Below, piece after piece: positions 53,844 to 64,000 of a DNA stretch of 64,000 nt. How positions within the stretch are numbered: the stretch's first letter is position 1; every line of letters starts with the position of its first letter. Made by a program: the position numbers and the translations under genes. Source of the DNA: Podarcis pityusensis (taxonomy: Eukaryota); NCBI GenBank assembly GCA_964106645.2, contig OZ067040.1; one strand, given 5' to 3'. The notes under the pieces were generated by a model that was not told the DNA's origin, did not search any database, and saw only the letters and a list, made by a program, of their open reading frames with translations.

Positions 53844-54784
53844 CCTCCCTGCAGAGACACAAACACTGGACAATTGGTACCTCACGACTGGGAATGTTCC
53901 CCTCTGCAATGTGGGACCCTTTCCTGATATCTGTAGCTTAACGAAAGATGCACTCCACACACGGCTGAGAGTCCAGCTTACGAATTGAGAACAGGTGACA
54001 GAACATTCTCTGTCCAGGACTGCCAAGGGCTGCAGTTGAATCGCTCTGACACATATCGGCATCAAGGAAGAACCCTGTGTGAATGCTGGAGAGCTTGCTA
54101 CAAGGCCATGTGGGCAGTATAAGGCAGCTGAGCATTTAACACTGTGTCCTTTCCCTGTCCTGACTTTATTCAAGATGTCCCCACCCTGTCCCAAGTGGCA
54201 TGGCCTACCTTGGTCATAGAACCTGCTTGGCCAGCCACTTCGGCAACTGAATTGCCAGGGTTAGCAGCAAGTCCCATGGCTACAGTCTGGCATCCTCACA
54301 CATTGTTTGCAGTATTCCTCTTCCCAGCCTGTGTCATACCTACAAAAAGAATACAGGAGGGTCAGAAGAAGAAAACAACAATATCACAAGTAGCAAAAAT
54401 AGGAAAAGGGGTGGGCAGTGCCATAGGGCATTAGCTTTGCACTAACAGTCACAGTCTCAATTCTTGACGATGCTGGGAGCGAAGGGAGTTTCTCTTGCAT
54501 AATGTAGACAAGCGCCTCTCATAAGAATGCTAGAGTTCTTGCAGAAAGCAACAGCAGGCAGGTGAGAAGCGTTTAAGTGGGTGGAGCCAAGCATGGGGCA
54601 AAAGGGAGCTGTGGGGAAGAGGCAGAATTTGGGGTGGGGCTTTTGCGCATCAATCAACCAGGAATGCCTGTCTAATTCTTGCCTGGGGACAGTGAGAAAG
54701 GCATCTCCATTGAATAGATCTGTGGATAGAAGCACAGCAGGGTTTGGGGGGGGGGTACAGGGAAGCACAGCCCTGTTGTTTTTA

Positions 54785-54839
54785 AATAAAAATAATAATT
54801 TTGAATGAACCTCTTCAAAGGAAGTACAAACTCAATAAA
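54785..54839 (+). terminator. Candidate ABCC10 poly(A) signals
   Basis: AATAAA at 54785 and 54834, about 1 kb after the stop codon. Confidence 0.45.
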
Positions 54840-56925
54840 CAATATTCAAAACTTGGGTTACAATTTCTACGTCTCTCCTTCATGCAGCAGTACATAAAGT
54901 CAACCATACCAAATTCTACTGCAGTCTGTTCCTGTTGTCATCAGGTGTGGAAATCTCTAAAGAGAAGGAAAAAAACAGCCCTTATCCTCCAAATCTGCAA
55001 TCTCTGTTAGTGTTCATGTATGAAACAAAGGGAGACCATTTCCCTAGGAAGGTGTCTTCTTGTGTTTTATTCTTAGCCAGCCTAAACTTGGTACATAAGC
55101 ATTTCAGAGCTCTGGTACTTTTTTCAGTATGGAAGCAATGATGTCATTTGACAGAAACTCCTTGTTCCAACAAGTGAATGACGTGATAACAAGGTTTTCT
55201 GGAGGGGGGGGTTTTATATAAAAAAAGTTAGATCAGCATAGAAGCCACAAAGAGGAAAACAATCAAAAGAGGCTGGGTACTCTCTCCCCTCCTTTTTATG
55301 GGGTTCCTATTTCCCATTAACAATTGAAATTAAACTGTGATTGATGCAAATGATGTCTTTCTCCACTTTCCCAGATGAAAAGAGGCATGCTCTTTTCCAC
55401 CAGCTGCAGAATGGCTGTATATACCACTAAAACACCTGCTAACTGCTTTGTTTGACCCTGACACACACCTCAGAAACCCCTGCCCTTTGAGTAAACTGAT
55501 GGGTTCTGAACAATATCCTAAGGCAATAGCAGGCATATGTCAAACCCCAAACACAGCAACCAGCACTGGCATGTGGTGGTGTTGGAATGCTATACATGCA
55601 ATATTATTTGGCTGATTTTTGACACGTAATCAGCCACGCAAACATGATCCTGGTAACTCATTTGAAATCGAAATATGTCAGTGTCTTATCAAACTGTATC
55701 CCTGTCCTTTGGAACTTGTCAGAGGGATAGTATAACTGGCTAAGGGCACTATCTAACACAATAATGGAAGGAAAGGGCTTTTGGAAGTTTGTGCCCATAA
55801 TCAGTTGGCTTACTGCCCAGTCAGAAGTTCAGCAAAACGATTAAAATTCCTGCAGCAGACAAACTCTATCGGAGGTTGTTTTAATTAGTAAGCACAAATG
55901 CACACACTCGATACAGTTGCTTCAAGAAGGGTTCTCTCTCTGAGCCTTGAGAGGGTTTTCAGTCTTTGCTTCAAGTTCTCAGGAGGTCGAAAGTCCTAAG
56001 TTGCCAAAATCCTGCAACTTCAGTCTTCTGTTTCTTCTTTGCAAGTCTTTACAACTCTCCCCAACAATCCTTCACCATTCTCCGCCACCACCACGAAATT
56101 CTGTAATGACAACTTCTGATATAGACCAGAACTGCATGCCAGTATGCACAGCGACAGAGATCAGACAATTACGAGTAATCTGGGGGGCAGGGGATCCTTT
56201 TCTACCAACTCATGGAGAATTAACTCATGACTTAAAAAGGTCCACCTGACCCACCATCATACAAAGGACAAAATACATGACTTGGCTAGCAACTTGAGGT
56301 GGTGACCTTCTGTAAGCGCAATAAATATGCAAAGTTTTCAGATATACAGACTCCATACGAGGATCTATTTGCTTGAATGAATGAACCTGGGATTGATCTG
56401 GATGACCAGGTGTGCCCCCCTCCATCAAAAAACTACACACAGAAAGTAGGGTTTTGTTTTTTTATGGTTTATTACATCTTGTCTGATTGCATTCCCCATT
56501 TCCCTTAAAAATATAATATTTATACGACTACAAATAAAAGGGCAGGAAGCTGAGATCCAAAAGGCCCCCAGACCAAGCAGAAACGCTGCTACGAAGTTTA
56601 AGAGCTAAGCACAAGAAGCAAAAATGAGAAATGAGCTTTAGCACAGAGGTGTGGTCTCTCTCTGATTCCTTCACTCCATGATAGCCTTTGCTTTATGACT
56701 GCCTATTTCTCTCTCTCTCTCTTCATTTCTTTCCATCCTATTTCCCAACTAAAATTGTGCTGCATGTGGCTGGGGTCCAACCCTTTGTACTACGTCTTCT
56801 GTACACCACTTAGAGGTGACGGCAGATTAAGTGGTATATAAATTGTCAAAATAAAATACAGTTTTGTATTGATGAATGACAGATTGGGGCTAGAAACCTG
56901 CAGAAAGCTTTCCACTGCTTTAGGG

Positions 56926-57221
56926 CAGGGGTTGGCAAGGTTTACCTCGCCTGGGCTGGTTCACTCCAGCGGAGATCCCTCCGCGCCCACGATTTCCAGT
57001 GTCTGCACAGGTGCAATTTCCAGCGTCGGTGCAGACGCGATTTTTGGCGTCTGCGTAGACACGATTTCTGGCGCCATGGAAGCGTGTCCCCGCGCCACGC
57101 TGCTTTAGTGCAGCGTGCAGGGACTCGCCAAGTGGGCGGCTCAGTTCAGGGGCGGCTCATGGGCCAGTTAAACAACTCCTGTGGGCCACTTGTGGCCCAT
57201 GGGCCTTAGGTTGCCAACCCC
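56926..57221. mobile_element. hAT-type MITE with internal ~24-bp tandem repeats
   Basis: CAGGGGTTGGCAA...TTGCCAACCCC (last 2 nt and right TSD missing); GATTTCCAGTGTCTG-like unit repeated about 4 times. Confidence 0.7.
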
Positions 57222-57286
57222 ACAAACATTCCATCAGCTTGTATTTGGACATATGCCGAAGACCATTGTATTACAAAGAGTTACAT

Positions 57287-57396
57287 TTTTGCACACGAAA
57301 GCTCATACCAAGAACTAACTTAGTTGGTCTTAAAGGTGCTACTGGAAGGATTTTTTTTATTTTGACTATGGCAGACCAACACGGCTACCTATCTGT
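57287..57396 (+). mobile_element. Penelope-like element terminus, 5'-truncated
   Basis: GCACACGAAAGCTCATACC...CACGGCTACCTATCTGT; 12-bp TSD AAAGAGTTACAT (57275-57286, 57397-57408). Confidence 0.7.
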
Positions 57397-59939
57397 AAAG
57401 AGTTACATGTGATGCTCTGCAATTTTCCCTTTGAATGTCCTCAGAGGTGCACAGGCCTGGACCTAGCACTTGCAAGAAGTTACACTAGCACAGCTTTGTA
57501 GAGATCCATAAGAGTTAATCACTGCTTGCTAGAATCAGCACTTATTCTAGAAAGCCTATCTGACCAACAGCGTGGGAGATATGGGACCATGTGTCCTTTG
57601 GAGGCCTGGCAAGCTGGATCCCCACACATTAACTCAGTGCTGAATAGAGTAGCAGGTGAAGATCTTCACCATCACATCCCTTTATAGTCCACCATTTGTT
57701 CTGACCTTGCAGACAAGGTCATGGGAAGATGACATCAAGCACAGGTGACCAAGCGTCACTGGCATTCCCAGATATTTTCCAACGTGCAAGCCCAGTTATG
57801 GGCAGTAGGAATCTCAGTGCAGACCTATAAGGATTCAACCCATTGTTTGCCCAAAAAGGGAAAGTGATTCTCCAACCATAGATGGAGCTGTAAGATGTCC
57901 GTTTCCTCTTGCTTTGTTCCTTATTTAACTCAGCCTGTAAATAAAGCCTGTTAAAGAGCGACTTTAGTGGTCATCACTGTCCATCTTTGGCAGAACACAG
58001 CACAAGCATTTCTGTTTGCCTGACAGAAAGAGCTGCCCCTCCCTTCCTGTGTGCTGTTCTGGGAGTTTCCCTAACTCTCCCCACCTCCAAGTCAATTTGG
58101 GGGGGGCAAAGGGAAGGCAGGGGAACTTATTGCACCAGCAGGAACCTTGCACTGTCTCCTGCTAGCTACATAGTTGAATTAGAACTACACGGTTGAATGT
58201 CCTCCTCAAAGGGGTCCATTCTTCTGCCGTAGGACTATAGCTTTGTCAGTCCTCCTGGATCTCACAGTTCTTGCACAGATCGCTGCCCTCCAGAAAGACA
58301 GTTCAGCCTGCTTCAGAACTGAGCCAGACTTGGCTTGACCAGTTTGCTTCCATTCTGTTCCATGGCTCTCCTGCAGACCCTATGTTCACAGCAAAAATTA
58401 TTCCCCCCAAATGTGAACTGAACAACTCAGCACCTTCCAAAACAAGTTAACACCATGGGTGGACAACCAACCATTGGCCAAGTGCAGAAACCTACCCAAG
58501 ATTTTGGAGCTGAATTGCTACTAGATTGGTACTCCATTCCAGCCTCATAAAGATTCAGAAAGTGTGTATCAGACTCAAAGTCTACAATAATTTTGCAACA
58601 TCCTTCCATTATCTTTTGCATCTTGCCTCTGCCTCCATTGATTAACTAAAAGTCAAACACATATCTCCTTCCAAAGCGCACTCATCTAGCAAGAATTGGA
58701 TTCAGCAGCATGTTAATGTGAAATCTCCTACCATATTTGATGCACCTCCTGAGTAAAACCATGCTTTTACTAAACACATATTCCAAGAGTCTCATGTATT
58801 AGGATTAAATTATGTTATCAATGCATGTTGGCAGATTTACTCAATGACTCACACAGGTCTTTTCCAAGACAGAAATGATGTTTATTGAGCACACCAAAAC
58901 AAAATATATACATCCATTACAGAAATGAGGAATAGCTCAGCAAATTATGTGCCTGCCAACATATTCATTATCAAGGAGAGGATCAAGAAACCAATGTCCC
59001 CTCCTTTGAGACCTCTTAAACGCATGTAACACTTTAACTAAATATCCAATGACACATCAGAAAGTGGCAACATGCTATTGTTGTTTTTTCATCGGCGTCC
59101 CCTCGCTTTTTGTGTAACATCCAGCCTGATTGAGAACTCAAAAGGTTTGCTACAAAGAGGATTGAAAAGCAAGAGGGATTTCCCCCTTGCTGCGATACCT
59201 CTGGCTGCCTGCTTCTCTGGAGATAGCTGAGCAATCCAGCTTTGCTCTTGCTCCACCACAGCCCAAGGAGGTGTGACTGAGTCAGGACCCAATTAGGGGG
59301 CAGCACACAAGAACTGGAGAAAGCTGAGGTTTCACAGCAAGTACAGGGTTGGTTGGGGGGCATCAGTTAGAAGCACCTCTCTGCCATGCAAATGGCTGTG
59401 TCCTGATGACTTCTGACTGGCTAATGTTGCCAATCACAAGGAAACTCTGGGTGAGGGATGAATGTCCTCTCAGGCTATTTTCAATGGAAATTGCTAAAAG
59501 CTCATTCTCCAAGAGAAGGAATTGCTTGAAAAAACTGTGAGCTGCAGATCAAGGTGGGACCTAGCAGCACAGTGATTGCTGACTGGATGCATGCATATAC
59601 ACCTTGCAGCTGACTGGCCAGTAGAGCTAGAGACTGAAAATCGACTCCAGTGAGACTGATCATCATGGTCGATGCTGGGGGCAGGGTAAAGACGTAGGAA
59701 GTTCTGGGTTTATTTAAATGACTTGTTTCTTTTCCGTTTGAGCAACGTAAGAAAAGATATAAAGACCCACACCCTCACCAGAGCACAGTCTCATTTCAAA
59801 GTAATTCAGTATCATGTAAATATTTCCCGTCAAATAAAAGTGTCCTTCCATAAATCTTCATGAGCTGTAGGTGGTCTGTAGTCATGTTCTGTTGTCAAAG
59901 CATACAAAAAAACCAAAACCATGTTGTATATTTGATTTA

Positions 59940-60240
59940 GCATTGTTCCTCAGGTCTTGAAGTTGTTGTTGCCTTTTCTATTAAAATTAAGTCCCAAGCT
60001 TGCATAAACCACACTTCAAACAGGTCAGCATTTGAAGTTCTCCAGTGTCTAGCAATGGTAAGCTGTGCTGCCACGATAAGGCAGATAAGAAGATCCATTT
60101 GAGTAAGGTCCTGGGCATCCGCAGCAAAAATGGAGAGAAGAGCAATCTTGGGGTTCAAAATAATCACCTTTAGAAGTGCCTTCATCCTAAATCGCCAGAA
60201 AATAGAAGCCCTTCTTTTGGTTGTTTGAGAATATGGGCAC
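59940..60240 (-). mobile_element. Degenerate L1-clade ORF2 C-terminal fragment
   Basis: FW....NPKIALLS...LIVAAQLTIARHW...W matches the pattern after the zinc knuckle in non-mammalian L1 ORF2. Confidence 0.65.
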
Positions 60241-63200
60241 TGACCTCTCTTACTTATTTGAGTATGGACTCTCAAAAAAAAATAGAACCTGAACTCCTTC
60301 TTTGAATTGCTAGTAGCTCTCTTCTCTCAATCACATTTCTCCAATCCATTCTGTCTCCTATACCTTCAAACACCTAGGAACCCATGCACAACTGCTACCC
60401 CCCAAACTGAACATTTAGCCCTCCAGATGATGTTGAACTACAACTTTCACAATCTCTTATCATTGCCCATGCTGGCTGGGGCTGATGGCAAGGCTAACGT
60501 CATCTGGAAGGCTACAAGTTTCACATCCATGGGTTACATCTCAATTACCAGGCACACCATATGTTTCGGTCTTCTATCTGTTCTACATATACTTGCTAGA
60601 ATCATTTATGACTATGGTACTTTAAACTCTGCAGTTTCCATTTACACACTCTAATTATTAAACTGTTTCACTCTGTAATTACAAAACCCTTTCCCAGTAC
60701 TTTTATTAAAAGTAAAATGGCATGGGAGAAATGAGAGAATGCTGCAGGAGCCCAAAGCACATTTGGCAAGGGGTCAAGCAATCATTGCCTAACACCACCA
60801 TCTGGAGTCAGTTCCAACTCAAGAGGGCCTAACCAGAAGGCTGCCATGGTTGAAAGCCCCTGAAACATCAATGGTGTTTTGAGACAAGACATTGTGCAAT
60901 GTTTTCCTCTGTTTCCTGTGGTTTTTTCATGGCATCCACACCATCTTGTCATCCTTTTGCAAACATCCCACGATGTTTCTTCCTTTCATCCATAACTTTA
61001 TGTATGGATGCCTCTTTGCTCTTTCACCCTTTACGATTATTTGGCTATGGTTTTGATTTGGGTAAATGACAATTCCAGAAAGCTATCCTTTAATCACAGC
61101 TCTTCTCTTCTGCTCTCACCTGATCACACTATCCATGCAATTTTGTTTCTTTCCATTACTGCCAGGCATGTTACTACTTTTATAATGTTGCAGAGATCTC
61201 TTTACTAAAGACCTTTGCACAGTGTATATGGACAAATTTCTGCAGCTCTATTATTTATTTTTTGAAAAATTGCAATTTAAGGTTTCCAGCAATTCTGTTA
61301 GCACTTTATAATGAATGACCATAATAAATGTTCCAACTTTTAGTAAAAGGAGGTATTTGCCAGTTACATTGTGTGCATGTGTCATTGTACAGAAGACATA
61401 GGCTGTTTTTCAATCACACAATACAAATTATTGTGATTAGAAATGAAGTACAGTCGGAAAAGGAGAACTGACTGTGGCCAATCAGAATGTCAAAGTTCTG
61501 AAATACCAGCATTCCAATTTTTAATTTTTTTTTAAAGCACATGCAGGTCTATGAAATACATGCATTCGTGGTCAGGAAACACATGAGTGGAAAAGGGAAG
61601 TGATAGATATGATGGATGTGGTGCAAAGTGTGAATTGTTTTGTTCCAAACACATCTTGGCATGATCCACTCACTGGTATAGACTGGAAATAGAGTGATCA
61701 AATAAAATGAACACAAAAGTTTGACATGGTATGGATGGTAACTTTTAGTTCCACAGTCTCAAAAGGAAAAACAACGTCCTTGTTCACAAAAAGCCTTGCC
61801 TCTGGAAGCACATCAATATAATCAACAGGGTCACACTTCCTCATCTTTCAGCAAATCCAAGTTAAGAATTGGAGTATAAAACCAAATACTTTCAGTTCAT
61901 AAAAGAAAAATCTCCATTCTACTGTATCAAATGCCTCTTTCTCCACTGCTTTTTCTATAAGTACTTTTTATTGGTTTTCATATACATATAACAAAATATA
62001 ACTAGACAAATAAACATAATCATAACACCCCTCCCCGAAGTCTCTCCAGATATCTGGTAAGTATTCATGTCCCTATACTAATTGTCCCTCTTTTCATTTT
62101 TCTGCAGGATTCTCTGATGTTATTCTTCCAGGGTTGCAGGGCAGCATCTGTCCGCAATGAGGTCATCTTCTCCAACTGAAGTATCCAACTATCAAGAAGT
62201 ATACATGGTCACAACATCTAGATTTGTAATGATGAAGCAGATAACATATTCTGTAGACCCCTTTCACTAGTACACACAGGTCCCACTATTGGAACACTTG
62301 TTATCAAAAATTTCAGTTATACCCAAACTGCTGATTAAGATATCTGAACAGCTGGAGCTTGCCCACTTCCTTACTTGTTCATGCTCTGCTTGTTGCCAGC
62401 AGCCATTTTGAGCAGAAACCATGGAGGGACGGAGAGAGATCAGACAAATCAGGGAGCAAGAGAGATTGAACAAATCAGCTTTTCTTTTGTTTGGTTTTGC
62501 TGATCGGCTGTGGCAGTTTCAGGCATAAACCAGGGAGGGATTGAGATTGGACAAATCACAAATTAAAAATGTTCCCATAGGAAGTAATGGAAATCACCAG
62601 TTTTGTCATGTGAATGCTGACCTAACAAATTATTTTCTTGTTCAGAGGAAGGCATTGCACTGGGAAAGCAGGACCTGCGTGTATATGAAATGCATGGCCA
62701 TCAGATGGCATAAAAGGCATCTGTTTTTTACTTTCCTTTCAGTATAGGTTATTTTCTCAGCTATAGCTAATCTCCAAACATTTTTTTACTATAGGTCTAC
62801 TCTCCACTGCTTCCATTGGCCTGGCAGGTAAGTAGAAGCAGAAGCTAAATGGATTTTTAAAAGCTTGTTCCTCAGCTGTTCCAGTTGCCTGCTCTCTTGT
62901 CTTCTGAGCTGCTCCTCTAGGCATGCTGAGCCTGGCAGCAGTACACCTGTTGCCAGAAGAAGCCAGTTTCCTTGGTGGACACTGACAGTATCCAATTGGC
63001 ACGTTTCAAATAGTTACACATTGTATGCACAGGAAACCATGTGTTAAAGAAACCATGTGTTAAAGTTAAAGTCTAATTATGCTAGATAAAGTGGGAAACA
63101 GATGCCTATAAGAGTAACTCACTGTCAAGATATGGATTTTTCTGTGGCCAGGTTGTTACAGATCAGCAGAAAAACCAGATTGTACACAAAATCCTCTATA

Positions 63201-63647
63201 AAATGAATATTTTAAAAAACACAAATCTATACATAATTTTTAGGATTGCAAAAATCACTATGCACAATAATTTGTTTTAGAAAATTTCAGTTGTTGGCTA
63301 AGCAAGTGTTAAAATAGATCATTTTACAATTGTATCTTTCTGATTATATAATGTAGCAATCTGAGTAATCTATACGTGTACTTCTAATTATACATTTAGA
63401 GTCCTAGAATGCACAATGGCAGAATCATTAACAGCTGAAATGATTATAAAAGGCTTTCTGTACCAAACATGTTGATATAATACAGATTTGCTGACTGCAA
63501 AATCCAATCCTTTTTGTTGGTATATTTATGAAGCTTGTTTATATTTTAAGCATTTTTACCCCAATATTCAGCCATAAAAAGCTTCTAGAATGTTTATTTT
63601 TACTAACATCACAATAGGACTGCAACCCCAAACACCTTAATGAGAAT

Positions 63648-64000
63648 GGTAAGGTAAAGGACCCCTGGATAGTTAAGTCCAGTCAAAGGTGACTATGGGG
63701 TTGCAGCGCTCATCTCACTTCAAGCCGAGGGAGTCGGCATTTGTTCACAGACAGCTTTCCAGGTCATGTGGCCAGCATGATTAAACTACTTCTGGCGCAA
63801 CAGAACACCATGATGGAAGCCAGAGCGCATGGAACCACTATTTACCTTCCCGTCGCAGCAGTACCTATTTATCTTTGGTATGCTTTCAAACTGCTATGTT
63901 GACAGAAGCTGGGACAGAGCAATGGGAGCTCATCCTGTCAGGCGGATTCAAACCGCTGACCTTCTGATCAGCAAGCCCAAAAGGATCAGTGGTTTAGACC
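63648..64000 (-). mobile_element. Sauria SINE (head cut by the window edge)
   Basis: (ACCTTT)n-type tail read as GGTAAGGTAAAGG; core CAGACAGCTTTCC...CATGTGGCCAGCATGA; TTTACCTTCCCG...GTACCTATTTATCT; B-box-like sequence near 63950. Confidence 0.9.

Noticed and set aside
58180-58375. Possible minus-strand exon of a downstream gene
   Set aside because: No frame gives a recognisable protein and stops occur early.

Overview
Vertebrate nuclear DNA. The repeat content (Sauria SINE, L2, CR1, Penelope ends, palindromic hAT/Tc-mariner MITEs) points to a squamate, probably a lacertid lizard. Two intact multi-exon genes lie head to head. ZNF318 is on the minus strand: 10 coding exons, ATG 28953 to stop 7876, 2663 aa, two matrin-type zinc fingers, and a higher-order acidic tandem repeat in its last exon. 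ABCC10/MRP7 is on the plus strand: 21 coding exons, ATG 33649 to stop 53843, 1538 aa. I traced all exon boundaries by hand as GT-AG with consistent phase. The most unusual structure is at the left edge. A decayed Ty1/copia element has a 155-bp LTR with 30-bp inverted ends, a 9-nt half-tRNA-type PBS (GGTTATGGG), and inside the LTR a segment matching most of the remaining 5' half of initiator tRNA-Met. This suggests a bipartite primer-binding site or a tRNA-derived LTR. Other notable items are a 1.7-kb ORF-less, apparently full-length L1-type retroposon with a 22-bp TSD, Penelope termini with a split hammerhead core, and an inverted L2 pair closely bracketing ten ABCC10 exons.
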